From NCBI RefSeq assembly GCF_006345805.1, contig NC_043003.1:64356001-64420000 (forward strand): a DNA stretch of 64,000 bases. Direction: 5' to 3'. Position numbers and translations under genes: made by a program. Below the pieces are notes generated by a model. The model did no database searches. It worked only from the letters and a program-made list of their open reading frames with translations, and was not told the origin of the DNA. This DNA is from Octopus sinensis (lineage: Eukaryota). Positions 49,746-64,000 of the stretch are shown here, in pieces; positions within the stretch are counted from its first letter, which is position 1; each line of letters starts with the position of its first letter.

Positions 49746-51456
49746 ATCCAGCGCTCTCTGTCTGGTTACAAGAATTCCCTGCTAAATGGATACCAGCTGT
49801 CACTGGTATTAATTTTCGGCTTAGCGAGTTAAAGCAACGTGAAATGAAACGCTTAATTTAATAACAAAGCTAAAAATCAAACCAGTCGAGTCAAAAATCG
49901 AACCAGCAACCTAACGATCCTGAGTCACGCACACACACATCACCATAGCATACGCTTTCACTATCTCATGCAACAATAAACTTACTGATATCTTCTTTCC
50001 TTCATCATATGAACTTTTCTCTACACATTTCCCTTCTTTTGCTGTCTCACACTTTATTCGAAATACAAAAATATAACAGTCACACATTAAAAAATTTGAA
50101 ACAAGGGAAATAACTTGCTCCAACTATAAATCTAAATATTTATAGAGTTATGTCCCGTAACATCTTTTTTTGCCTTATTACAAAAGCAATTTAAATAAAC
50201 GTCATTTAATAAACAATTATCGTATTTGCTAGGGTAAATCATACGTTTTTTTTTATTTCTTTGGGATGTACCTAAAAATTGCGCTGCATCTAATACAGTC
50301 ATATTATTGATAGGAGTCTTGTTACAGTCACTGGAGAACGACCATTCGTTGCGCATCGCCTTGAAGGGTTTTAGTCGAACAAATCGACCCCGCTGCTTGT
50401 ATATATGCATATTTTAGGTCTGGTAGTTATTTCATTGAACCTTTTTACCGAACCGCAAAGTTACGGGGACGTAAACAAACCAACAAAGCTTGTGAAGCGG
50501 TATGAGATACAAACACAAACACACGCACCCACCCCACAAACTGGAATTGACCTGTATCATGCTGGAGCACCGCTTCAAACAAATCGAGCCCAGGCCTTAT
50601 TTTTAATTGTGGTTCTTATTGTATCGGTTTATTTTATCGGACCACCATGTTACAGGGACGTAAACAAATCAAGGTTTCCGCACAGTTTCCGCGTATCTAA
50701 TTCACACACAAGGCATTGGTCGGCCCGGGGTGGTGCCACGCAGTGTGACCGAACCCGAAACAATCTGGCTTCAAAGCGAGCTTCTTTTCCGCCCGGACCA
50801 ATCCTTCATCGCTTATCTGTTGATTGTTTCAGTCATTGGACCGAGGTCATTCTGGAGCACCACCTTGAAAGGCTTCCTAAAACAAACTGATACCTCTACA
50901 TCTTTTCTAAAGCTTAGAACTTATTGTGTCCGTTTCTTGTTGTTTTTGCAGGACCACTATGTTACGGGGACGTAAACCAACCAACATAGGTTGACAAGCG
51001 TTGGGAGAACTCGCACAAACGCAAATACACAGACACACGTATATATGTATATAAACATACCTGTTATCTTAATCATTATATGGTTTTCTTATTAGAATAG
51101 TAAGGATTTCGAAAAAATTACATTTACAATACTAAGTATGTACGGAGTGGCTGTGTGGCAAGTAGCTTGCTTACCAATCACATGGTTCCGGGTTCAGTCC
51201 CACTGCGTGCCACCTTGGGAAAGTGTTTCCACTATAGCCTCGGGCTGACCAAAGCCTTGTGAGTTGATTTGGTAGACGGAAACTGAAAGAAGCCTGTCGT
51301 ATATTTCTCTTTTTTTCTCTTTTTTACTTGTTTCGGTCATTTGACTGCGGCCATGCTGGAGCACCGCCTTTAGTCGAGCAAATCGACCCCGGGACTTATT
51401 CTTTTGTAAGCCCAGTACTTATTCTATCGGTCTCTTTTGCCGAACCGCTATATATA

Positions 51457-51510
<54 letters not shown>

Positions 51511-51869
51511 GTGTGTGTGTGTAGTGTATATATATATATATATATATATATGTATTTGTCGCCTCCAGCATCGGTTGACAACCGATGTTGGTGTGTTTAC
51601 GTCCCCGTAAGCTAGCTGTTCAGCAAAAGAGAAGTACTAGGCTTATAAAGAATAAGTCCTGGGGTTCAATTTACTCGACTAACGGCCGCAGTCAAATGAC
51701 TGAAACAAATAAAAGAATAAAGTAATCTCCCTTGTAGATCACACGCCAAAATAGCACCAATTGATGTCGGTGATATTTGAATTCAGAACGTAAAAAGCTG
51801 GAAAACTGCCGCTTAGCATTTTGCCCGAGGCGCTAATGTATCTGCTAGCTCCCCGCCTAAAAATGTAAG

Positions 51870-52440
51870 TTCAAATTTTGGCACAAGGCCAGCAATTTCG
51901 GGGGAAGAAATAAATCGATTACATCGACTCCAGTGCTCAACTGGCATTTATTTTATCGATCCCCAAAAGGATGAAAAGCAAAGTCGACCCCAGCGGAATT
52001 TGAACTCAGAACATAAAGATAGATGAAATACCTATTTCTTTACTACCCACAAGGGGCTAAACACAGAGGGGACAAACAAGGACAGACAAACGGATTAAGT
52101 CGATTATATCGACCCAGTGCGCAACTGGTACTTATTTAATCGACTCCGAAAGGATGAAAGGCAAAGTCGACCTCGGCGGAATTTGAACTCAGAACGTAAC
52201 AGCAGACGAAATACCTATTTCTTTACTACCCACAAGGGGCTAAACACAGAGATGACAAACAAGGACAGACAAAGGGATTAAGTCGATTATATCGACCCCA
52301 GTGCGTAACTGGTACTTAATTTATTGACCCCGAAAGGATGAAAGGCAAAGTCGACCTGAATTTGAACACAGAACGTAAAGACAGACGAAATACCGCTAAG
52401 CATTTCGCCCGGCATGCTAACGTTTCTGCCAGCTCACCAC
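51870..52440 (-). mobile_element. SINE family B with tandem internal units
   Basis: Core repeated three times, single head. Confidence 0.85.
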
Positions 52441-52441
52441 A

Positions 52442-52666
52442 TTAACCCGTATATGCTCATAAAAAAATTTCTCTGTATTTAGATTAAACGTTATGGTAAG
52501 CTTTCATAATCTGGAAGAGAAGGACAATATGGAACTGTTAGCTACGGATGTCGACTACTGAACATTTCGTATGTTCAGTCAGATGCTTTCTGGCGAGTTC
52601 ATATCCAAACAAGTAGGAGCAGGTTCTGCGTTGCGAAAACGCAACCCGGGGGTATACATGGGTTAA
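52442..52666. mobile_element. TTAA-flanked piggyBac-type MITE
   Basis: TTAACCCGTATAT...GTATACATGGGTTAA. Confidence 0.5.
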
Positions 52667-53683
52667 AAGTGATATTAATCAAAATTGTTTCAAATTTTGA
52701 CAGAAGGTGAGTGATTTTAGTTGGAGGATGTTAACCAATTAAATCTGTTGCAGTACTTTATTTTATCGAAGCTGACCTCGGCAGGAACTGAACTCAGAGT
52801 GTAAAAATTTGGGAGAAATTAGGTTAAACAATTCTTCCGACGTTCTAAACAATTCTGCCAGTTCGTTGCCGTCCGCTGGCTTTAATAATCTTTTCTACTA
52901 TAGGCACTAGGCTTGAAATTCGTGGGGATGGGGGTGGAGACTATCCGATTACACCGATCCCAGTGTTTCACAGGTACTTAATTTATCTACTCCGATAGAA
53001 TGAAAGGCAAAGTCGACCCCGGAGGAATTTGAACTCAGAATGTAGCGACGGACGAAGTACCGCTAAGCGTTTCGCCCGGCGTGCTAACGATTCTGCCAGC
53101 TCGCTGTCGTCTGCTGCCTTTAACAATGGCTTCAAAGTTGGGCCAAACGCTAGCGGTTTTTGTTAGAGGATTTAGTCGATTATATTTAAGGACGCCAAAG
53201 GGACGAAAGGCAGAGTCAACCTCGGTGGGATCGCCTCTTTCAGTAAGAATTCTTCCTAGAACTCAGTTCTTCACTGATCTTTTATTTTATCGTCTCTGAA
53301 ACGATGAAAGGCAAACAAATATCCAAATACACAAACGTTCTGAGATCAAACCTCATTGAGGCCAATCTTCTCTTTCATCTTTTCGTGGGTGGATAAAGTA
53401 AGTACTCTCCTCCAAAATCGATAAAGTAAAGTACAAAGCAAGTACAGAGATCGATGGACGTTTATTAAACCCTCCCCTCAAAATACCGCAAGAGATTCTA
53501 AACTTTCTGTTAACTTTCAGCTTAAATTATTTCTAATTTAGTTATATGGCCAACAGTTTCGAGGAGAGGGTTTTTTTCCAACACCATCGACCCTACTACT
53601 TGACGGATGCTTTATATTATCGAACCGGACGGATGAAAGATAAAGTTGACTTCGGCAGGGTTTGAATTTCCACCACATAGATC

Positions 53684-54056
53684 TTTTACTTGTTTCAGTC
53701 ATTTGACTGTAGCCATGCTGGAGCACCGCCCTTAGTCGAGCAAATCGACCCCAGGACTTATTCTTTGTAAGCCTTGTACTTATTCTATTGGGCTCTTTTG
53801 CTAAGTTACGGGGACGTAAGCACACCAGCATCGGTTGTCAAGCAATGTTGGGGGTACAAATACAGACACACACACACACACATACATATATACGACAGAC
53901 TTCTTTCAGTTTCCATCTACCAAATCCACTCACAAAGCTTTCGTGGGCCTGAGGCTATAGTAGAAGACACTTACCCAAGGTGCCACGCAGTGAGACTGAA
54001 GCCGGAACTATGTGGTTCGTAAGCAAGCTACTTACCACACAGCCGCTCCTACGCCT
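53684..54056 (-). mobile_element. SINE family A copy
   Basis: Head and tail as in other copies. Confidence 0.85.
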
Positions 54057-55001
54057 GGAAGAAATACTTAAAAGCATTTTCTTCAACGCTCGAACGATTC
54101 TGCCAACGCGCTGCACTTTTGATGTGAAGGTGGGGGACCAAGCAGTTCGGGTAATATACAGGCGATCGCAAGATAGTGGTTTCGATTCCCAGACCGGGTG
54201 GTGCGTTGTGTTCTTGAGCAAAACACTTCATTTCACGTTGTTCCCACCTACTCAGCTTCTAGTGAGTAATCCTGCGACGGACTGGCGCTCCATCCAGGGG
54301 GAAATGTTATACGGCATGGAAACTGAGTGATCAGGTTTATGAGTCCTAAGGCTCAAGACTGCAATGTGTAACGGTTGATGAGGACTGCTCTTCTGTACGA
54401 ATTGTTTCTGGCATAAATTCAGAATCTGAAATACAATGGGAGAAATTTAGTTAATGAAATCGACCAGAATACTTGTCTAGTATTTAATTTCATTGACCCA
54501 AGACTTCCGGAGGGAAGAAATGCAAAATGAACCTCTGTGGAATAATGCATCTACTATATGCTGCACCTCGACATAGTGCACGTACAGCGCTTGATTGATA
54601 TTGCACATGTATACCTCCCCACTCCAGGGGTAAGTTTCATGTGCACACTTAGACAAAAAATCCACATAAAGAGAGCATAGATGCATATATGCATGTATAG
54701 TGCACATATGTGCTTAGGAACGTACATTCGAGCCAAAAGATACGGATACATAGAGGCATACATAGAAAGATACACAAACAAAGAATGCATTGCTTACATG
54801 CATCCACATATATGCATACACAAATACATCCACGCATGCGTATATGCATAAAAGATAGATTATGCTGTTTCTCACTTTAGCTGTGAGAAAAAATGCAGTT
54901 GTGACAGATAACAGACAGGAAGTGCTTGAAATAAAATTTAAAATAAAAACAAAGATTCAGATAATGAGAATAAGGATAAATCTTTACTCGTAACTCGAAT
55001 G

Positions 55002-55590
<589 letters not shown>

Positions 55591-55749
55591 AAAGAGTGCC
55601 TTTGTAAAATAATATTCGGCAAACCTTCCTTTCCGTTTCGAAGAAATATAGAGATGTTCTTTATTGTCTACATGAAAGATTGTGCTCTTTTTATTTTATT
55701 TGTTCCTTCTGTTTATAAAACTGCTTTAGCTGTATTCAGTGTATTTAGT

Positions 55750-55799
<50 letters not shown>

Positions 55800-56151
55800 A
55801 AGAAGAAGAAAGGAAACTACATAAATTTGAATACAACTCAAAACGCTGCCGACGAGGCAGCCTCACATTTCCCATATGCAATAAATAATACGTGAGATAA
55901 GTTTGATGATGACGATGATGATGATAATGACGATGATGATGATAATGACGATGTTGATGATGATAATCCTTTCTATTATAGGCACACGGCCTGGATTTTG
56001 TTGGGAAGGTGACAGTCGATCATATCGACCCCAGTACTCAACTGGTACTTAATTTATCGACCCCCATCCTCAGTTTATATTCCACCAACAGTTTCAGGGA
56101 ATGTGGTAAGTCGATTACAGTGACCCTAATGCTCAGCTGATACTTATTTTA

Positions 56152-56466
56152 GGCGGAGGTAAAGATGATGGACCGCACCCCATTTGGGATTTTTTTTTTA
56201 CAGGAACACACTATATCGAGGGCGGAGATTCCGAATATGCAAAAAAAAAAAAAAATAGCATTTCAAAATTTTTATTCCCCACCACTCCCACCATCAATGT
56301 CTTAAATTTTTACATTTTTAAAAAAGTATTTTTCGATATTATTATTATTATTATTAAAATTTGAAATGCCTTTTTTTTTGCAGATTCGGAATCCCCGCCA
56401 TCGATATAGTGCGTTCCCTTAAAAAAAATCTCAAAGGTGGTGTGGTCCATGATCTTTACCTCAGCC
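56152..56466. mobile_element. MITE with about 120-bp TIRs inserted in a SINE B remnant
   Basis: GGCGGAGGTAAAGAT.../...ATCTTTACCTCAGCC; TTATTTTA duplicated on both flanks. Confidence 0.7.
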
Positions 56467-57213
56467 CTTATTTTATCGACCTTCCCCACCACTGCTCCAC
56501 AAAAAGATGAGAGGCGAAAATGATCCCGGTGGAATTTGAACTCAGAACATAAAGACTGACGAAATACCGCCAAACATTTTGCCTGGCGTGCTCACCATTC
56601 TGCCAGCTTGCCGCCTCGGTCTAAGCTTATATATTAAGAAGTCGAAAATAAATGAAGAGCGATAGGTAACGGGAGAGGGAGAGATAAAGCGTTTGATGAA
56701 AGGTGGAGTATGTTTGAAAATATAGAACCGTTAAACTCCATATTTAGGATAAAGTTAAAAGGCAAATAGATTAGTTTCGACTGCAATTCAGTGAGAAGCT
56801 CTTTGTTGACGGGTAAAGCATTAAAGTTTTAGCCCGTTAAAGAAATCTAAATTTATGAATGCCGAAACAGATTTCGAGAGGACAAAATTTAATTTAAATC
56901 AAAAATAAATTCTGAAATGCAAGATGTAATAAAAAGTATCTACACACGTGTAGAATATTGAATTTAGCGCCAGTAATGAAACAATTTAATGGATTAATTG
57001 AGATTATACATTTGTAAGCTAAACATAGTTTAGCTTTCAAAGGTAAAGTCTGAAAAGATGTAAAATTAGGTTATATAATTATTAATTAGATATGTTCCAA
57101 ACTGAATGATATATAGTTACGTGCGGGTATATTTAATATGTTCGTTTACATTCGGACATGGGGAGACATTACACTGCACAAGATGAATCGGGAGAAGAAA
57201 TTCTCTTTATGGC

Positions 57214-57540
57214 GTTCCTTCGTTTTAACTCGACAAAACTATAACGAGACCTCGGTTGTTTCCGTGACAACTCGACAATTCACTTCGGATATCTTCGGAT
57301 ATCTTCGTGACCTCCGAAAATTTAAGGATTTTACATACACACACGAAGCAAGTAAGAACAACTATGCAAGGCTTTTTGCTGGCATAATTTCATTATATCT
57401 ATATTCCACAACACAGAAATACATAAAAAAACTGAACACGCACACTGTCACGGAGGACACGAAAATATAAGTGAATTGTCGAGTTGTCACGGAAACAACC
57501 GAGGTCTTGTTATGATTTTGTCGAGTTAAAACGAAGGAAC
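57214..57540. mobile_element. MITE-like element with about 72-bp TIRs
   Basis: GTTCCTTCGTTTTAACTCGACAAAA.../...TTTTGTCGAGTTAAAACGAAGGAAC. Confidence 0.75.
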
Positions 57541-58297
57541 ACCCTCTTTATTCACAATATGGGTGTAAACACACCACTGGGCCGTCAATGATGTCACCGG
57601 ACCGTAGAACATATGCATTTCTATGTCGTTACGCTCCAACCGCTACGTATAGCGGAGCGTCTGTCATGGTCACTAAGAGGTGGTTGCTCTTATATTAGAA
57701 TAAAAAATGGTACATTTATTAATGTGCTAAAAGCTTTGTCAACTTGGAATAAATCAGTTAGATGCACTTTAAGTAACATTAAATGAAATATAGTTATGTA
57801 CAGTTACTTCCAACATGTTCGCATGCATTCGGACATGGAAAGACAATACGCTGCACAAGTTGTGCTGGGAGAAAAAAATTATCTTAAGGGAAGAAGATAA
57901 ACGTAATCATTAAATTAAATGTTCAAAATTTGTCGAATAGGAGAACAAAATACTTACCTGAGTATAGTGATTACAGAATGGCAGTCTGAATTATTGAAGA
58001 GCTCATACGAAAATGGACATAACTAGGGTAAGCTAATTCTGCATGAGAAAAAAGAAATAAGGAAAAAATGAAGAAGAGGGTAATATATATATATATATAC
58101 AACTCTAATTACATACTTGTAAAAGCAAAATATGTGTAGAGGCGCAGACATTAAGAAGCTCGTTTTGCAACCAGGTGGTTTTGGTTTCAATCCCACTTTG
58201 CAGCACCTTGGGCAAATGTTTCTTACAATAGCTCCGGGCTGCCTAATTCTTTGTGATTGAATTTGGTAGACAGAAACTGTGAGAAAGTCTATCGTAC

Positions 58298-58328
<31 letters not shown>

Positions 58329-58893
58329 TGTATGTATGTATGTATGTATGTATGTATGTATGTATGTATGTATGTATGTGTGTGTTTGTATGTATGCATG
58401 TGTGTGTGTGTGTGTGTATGTACGTGTGTATGTATGTGTGTGTGTGCGAGCGTGCGTCTGTGAGAGTGTGATTGTGTGTGAGTGCGTATGTGTGTGTGAG
58501 TGTGTGTGTGCGCAAGTGCGTGCGTGTGTCTTTGTGTATGCTTCTTTGTGAGTGTATTTGCCTCATCATTCTCTTGAGAGTCAGCGTTGGTTTATTAATG
58601 CCCCGGTAACTTAGCGGTTCGACAGAAGGAAACGAGAAAATAAGTATCAGACTTTGAAAAATAGATACTGTGGTTGATTTGTCCGACTAACCCATTCAAG
58701 ATAGTGCTCCAGCATGGCCACAGTTCACTGACTGAGACACGTCCAGGATAGAAGATAATATGTCTAAAAAAAAAATATTAATTTCAAGCGCAAGCTTTTA
58801 GCGATTTAACAATGCATAACTAGATAAATGGAAATGCATTTAAAATTGTGGAAACCAGTTTAAGTGCAGATAATATATATATTCATATTGTGA

Positions 58894-58966
58894 GCCTCCA
58901 TAGCTCAGAGGTTAGAGCACTGGTCTTGTAAACCAGGGGTCGTGAGTTCAATTCTCACTGGGGGCT
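58894..58966 (+). tRNA. tRNA-Thr (anticodon TGT)
   Basis: Full cloverleaf: acceptor GCCTCCA/TGGGGGC, anticodon arm CTGGT-CTTGTAA-ACCAG, T arm GTGAG-TTCAATT-CTCAC; Pol III T-run at 58977-58987. Confidence 0.95.
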
Positions 58967-58989
58967 TCATGAAAGATTTTTTTTTTTAA

Positions 58990-59395
58990 GGCGGCGAGCT
59001 GGCAGAAACGTTAGCACACCGGGCGAAATGCTTAGCGGTATTTCGTCTGTCTTTATGTTCTGAGTTCAAATTCCGCCGAGGTCGACTTTGCCTTTCATCC
59101 TTTGGGGTCGATAGATTAAGTACCAGTTACGCACTGGATTCGATGTAATCGATTTAATTTGTTTGTCTGTCCTTGTTTGTCCTCTCTGTGTGTAGTAAAG
59201 AAATAGGTATTTGTCCTCTTGTGGGTAGTAAAGAAATAAGTATTTCGTCTGTCTTTACTTCTGAGTTCAAATTCCGCCGAGGTCGACTTTGCTTTCATCC
59301 TTTCGGAGTCGATAAATTAAGTACCAGTTGCGTGCTGGGGTCAAATGGCTTCCTACCCCGAAATTTCGGGCTTTGTGCCTAGAGTAGAAAAGAAT
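58990..59395 (+). mobile_element. SINE family B directly behind the tRNA-Thr terminator
   Basis: GGCGGCGAGCTGGCAGAAACG head at 58990; duplicated core. Confidence 0.85.
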
Positions 59396-59656
59396 ATATG
59401 TATTGGCTCCCTCTTCTTATCTGAAGATCACGAAGAAGAGTGGTCCGCCCTCAAGTGGTTATGTAAACCGATGCTTGGCGCTGCAGGGTTTTCTTCCTGC
59501 TCTCGGTTTATAGTTTTAAAATGAAAGTCAGCCCGCACAATCCGATCCCACTCTTTAGACTTAGCGGTATGACCATTGTGGTTTTGGCGGCGAAGAGGAC
59601 TGCAGTGACTCCAGCAAGCGCTATAGGTTATACATCAGAGTCGCCTTCTTCTAGGT

Positions 59657-60017
59657 CAGTGGTTCTCAATCGGGGTCCATATGACCCAAGGGAATCCATG
59701 TAAGGTTTCGATGGGGGCCCATGCAAACAAAATAGTAAAATTAGGTATTCACTGTTGTATATTAAGGATCCTGGAAAAAATTTCGCTTGAGATGTATGTA
59801 TTGGTATGTATTGCAAGAAGCAGCTAAGTTTCTTTCTCTAACATTTTACACAGTTCAACCTACACAAGTTAAAAGTTAATATGTGGAAAACAAAATTAGA
59901 ATTTTGAAAGAAGTTTCTATAAAACTAGTTTTTAAACATCAAATGGCTATGGGGGTCCATCAGAATAAAATAGTAATCAATGGGGTACTTAGGTAAAAAA
60001 ATGGTTGAGAGCCCTTG
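59657..60017. mobile_element. hAT-type MITE
   Basis: CAGTGGTTCTCAA...TTGAGAGCCCTTG ends. Confidence 0.6.
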
Positions 60018-60892
60018 CTTTAGTTGTATGTATTGCAAGAAACAGCCATATATATAATTTCCAAAATACTGAAATTGTTTTATTCGGCATTGATTAAATA
60101 TTTTCTTGGAGGCAGTGCATATTATGTGGAGGCGCAATGGACCTGTGGTTAGGGCAGCGGACTCGCGGTCGGAGGATCGCTTTTTCGATTCCCAGACCGA
60201 GCATTGTGTGTGTTTATTGAGCGAAAACACTTAAAGATCCACGAGGCTCCGGCAAGGTCTCCTCAACTTTCTCTCTATCTTCCTGTTTCCTGAGTAACGC
60301 TGCGATGGACTGCCGTCCCGTCCAGCTGGGGGGAACACATACGCCATAGAAACCGGGAAATCGGGCCCATGAGCCTGGCTAGGCTTGAAAAGGACGAGAA
60401 AGAAAGAAGTAAATACCATAGAATTTTTAATAAACACACACATATAAACACACACACACACGTGTGTGCGTTTGTGCGTGTAGAAATAGCGTGTAGGTGA
60501 AGTGATATACACGAAAGGGCATAAGATAAAATATAAAAGCCTGTCTGTGTGTGTATACAATAAAAGCTCTCGGTTTCAGTTGTTAGCGACACACTGGCTC
60601 TTTCTTCATTGACTTTTACTCACAAGTGGACACTGGTCATCCTGCTTAGTAAACATGTCCGCCACAAATTATTTACAATCCAAGTTTGACACCCAACGGG
60701 TCAAAGGTTAAACAGGCCTGGCAACGATTTCAATTGAATTCTAAATCTTCAAATATTCCATGGTCTGCGTTCTTTCTCTTCTTCTTTCCGTTTGTGTATA
60801 ATATTTTGCTTTCATGGTCAAGCTGTTTCCTTCTTTTTTCGTTTGGCTATCGCCTCTCTCTGTAGTTCATTCTTTTACAATACATACATACA

Positions 60893-60926
<34 letters not shown>

Positions 60927-61043
60927 CATATATAGTTAATCCAAACATGAAAACACAAAGAGAAAACACAACAACGCGAGGACGTGGAACAAGTATAGTG
61001 TTATTGGACGCTCAGGAAAGGAACCCACACATAATACATATAA

Positions 61044-61452
61044 GTGCAGGCGTGACTGCGTGGTAAGAAAATTGCTTCTCAAATACATGGTTCTGGGTTC
61101 AGTCCCATTGCGTGGTACCTTGGGCAAGTGTCTTCTACTATAGCCACAGGTCGACAAAAGCCTTGTGAGTAGATTTGGTAGACGAAAACTGAAAGAAACC
61201 CGTCCTATATATATGTATATATATATATGTGTGTGTGTATTTATGCACGTGTGCCTTTGAGTCTATGTTTGACAACCAATGTTGGCGTGTTTACGTTCCG
61301 TCCATTAGCGGTTGCGTAAAAGAGACCGATAGAATAAGTACTAGGCTTACAAAGAATATGCCCTGGGGTCAATTTCTTCGACTTATAGACCCTTTAAGGC
61401 GGTTTTCCAGTATGGTCGCAGTCAAATGACTGAAGCAAGCAAAAGATAAAAG
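61044..61452 (+). mobile_element. SINE family A copy
   Basis: Head, body and tail match the family. Confidence 0.8.
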
Positions 61453-61478
61453 ATATCATATATATATATTATATATAT

Positions 61479-61573
<95 letters not shown>

Positions 61574-61913
61574 TGCATATATATATGGAGCACTCCGTCG
61601 GTTACGACGACGAGGGTCCCAGCTGATCCGATCAACGGAACAGCTTGCTTGCGAAATTAACGTGCATGTGGCTGAGTACTCCACAGACACGTGCCCCCTT
61701 AACGTAGTTCTCAGGTAGATTCGGCGTGACACAGAGTGTAACAAGTCTGGCCCATTTGATATACACGTACTACTCGTTTTTGTCAAGTGAGTGAATTGGA
61801 GCAACGTGAAATAAAATGCCTTGCTCAAGGACACACCGCGTCGCCTGGATTTGAACTCACGACCTTACGATCGTGAGCTGAATGCCCCAAACACTTAAGC
61901 CACGTGTCCTCAC

Positions 61914-61949
<36 letters not shown>

Positions 61950-62208
61950 AACATACATACATACAAACCCTCACACGTGTGTTTATACGACGGGGTTCTG
62001 GCCTTCCATACACCACATGCACTCACAAGACATCAATCAGTCCTGTGTGTGTGTGTGTGGTATGTCTTTGCTTTTGTCTCTCACACTGTTTTCATGCAGG
62101 TCCTTTGATGTACAGATATATGCATTTCTAGTTTAACTTTTTTACCGTTGATTTTTTTTATATGTCTGTAACTTAGCAGTGCGGTGAAAACGATCGATAG
62201 AATAAATG

Positions 62209-62410
62209 TGTTATGTCGCAATACTACACAGTGGCTGTGTGAGCTACGAAATCCCCGTCGCCACTGTTATGTCGCACGTTCGGATACCTCTACTACTCAC
62301 TTCTACTTTGGCTCGACTCTTCACAGCTGTGCTCTCGACGTCTTGGCTTCTCCCTCTATATCTACGTACTGGGCTAGCCTACTTCATCGTCTGGGGGCGT
62401 CCACACAACA
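62209..62410. mobile_element. Probable solo LTR (202 bp) inserted in a SINE A tail
   Basis: TGTTATG...CACAACA termini with 5-bp TSD AAATG at 62204-62208 and 62411-62415. Confidence 0.65.
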
Positions 62411-63180
62411 AAATGCCAAACTTAAAAATAAGTACTAGGGGCCGATCAGCTCAACTAAACCCTTCCAGGCGGAGCCCCAGCATGGCTGCAGTCCAATGAC
62501 TGAAGCAAATAAAAGATAAAAGAATGGACTAGACTTACACATATCTCTACATCAGATGATCAGAATGAAAGCATCATTATTTTCTCTTCTCACTGGAATG
62601 TTTGTATGTGTGTGTGTAATTTGGTGAGTATGTGTGTATGCTTATGTGTGTGTACCTGCGTGCGTATGTATGAATGTATGTATATATATGTTTGAAAGTA
62701 TGTATGTGTGTGTGTGTGTATGAGGAGAACTCAGAAATCTCCTCGTAAGGAGATCCACATCGCCTTGGCCGAACAACCAGGCACTTTTAAATGTGATCTT
62801 CGATAATGCAAATCCTTTCCCTACATTAACAATACTATAATCACCTCAAGACAGGATCATATTACTCAAAATTGTTGCAAACCGTCTAACCTTACATATT
62901 GCACCATATGCAAATTTTCGGTACCTTTTGCATTGGAGAAAGCGGCCAACGGCTTGCTGATCGCTTTCGGGAGTATATTTGAAGCCTACTGCTACGTATG
63001 CCTGGCCAATCTGCTGCCACCCACTTTAACAATACAGGTCAGTGAAACGGAGGGAACAAGGATTCTTATTCGAACTTGGAACCATGTCACTGACAGGCTT
63101 AAATGAACGTTTTCCCTTCTGCTCTTACACCACCTCTTGATTCTTTAAACCATTTCTTATCCTTCAAATGTATACATATG

Positions 63181-63248
<68 letters not shown>

Positions 63249-64000
63249 CATGCACACATACATTCATACATGTATGCGTACATACATACATACATACATC
63301 CATACATTCATACATACATACATACATACATACATACATACATACATACAGACAGACAGACAGACAGACAGACAGATATAATAGGTGAATGTCTGCATTC
63401 TCAAGCGAAATACATAGAATTTTCATATTTTATTAGTGAAACGTTAGTGTAAATTTTACGTTGTTGATTATTCAAGGGATTGAATTAAGGAGCTGCGTGA
63501 CAGAGTCTAAGAAAAGATATTTGTAAAAAACATCAAAATGTAATTCGTCAAAATATTATAAGTCATCAATATTTGATTGATTGCCAAAGAAAATGCGTCA
63601 AAACATTTACTAACTTCGTATTCTTTCACTTAATAAAATATGTGATGTCTTAATATCTTTGGTATTGTATGACTCTGTCAGTTTGAGTGTTTGGGTAACT
63701 CTCTACTCTAGAAGTTCAAATCTCGCAAACTTTACCTTTAATCCTGTTCGGGATTCTCTGGCCGAAGTGTTCAAATTCGTTACGCCATAGGTAAAAAAAA
63801 GACAAAAATAACAAACACTGTCACTGCCGCGCCGCCGCTTCCACCACCACCACCACCACCACCACCAATATTATTTGTGAAAATAAAGAAGGAGGAATTT
63901 TCTAATGAAGTTTTAGTGTTGATAACCATTTAAAAAAATCATATACTATTTTTTAAGATATTGCAAACCTAGCAAGTAAGAACTAAATTGTTGCAACGAG

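Noticed and set aside
60128-60200. tRNA-like heads of SINE families A and C as tRNA genes
   Set aside because: They have A/B boxes but no complete cloverleaf, and continue into SINE bodies
62720-63110. CpG-rich unique-looking segment as an exon or LINE fragment
   Set aside because: No convincing reading frame or motif could be assigned

Overview
Repeat-rich, AT-rich eukaryotic DNA. The SINE families suggest an octopus (coleoid cephalopod) genome; this is recognition from memory, not a database hit. Two protein-coding genes are supported. (1) The last seven coding exons of a + strand TERB1 (CCDC79)-like meiotic telomere gene (3391-23133) splice phase-consistently and, unusually, end in two Myb domains. 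(2) A convergent - strand BCAP31/BAP29-family gene has its whole CDS (26340-25618) in one exon, with a probable 5'UTR exon and promoter near 37 kb. An intact tRNA-Thr(TGT) lies at 58894-58966. The rest is three tRNA-derived SINE families, decayed RTE/CR1 LINEs, mariner/Tc1, hAT and piggyBac-type MITEs, fold-back elements, a solo LTR, Penelope-like repeats with hammerhead-like motifs, and microsatellites. CpG content appears to rise sharply near 36.7 kb. Most ORFs in the supplied track are repeat artefacts.
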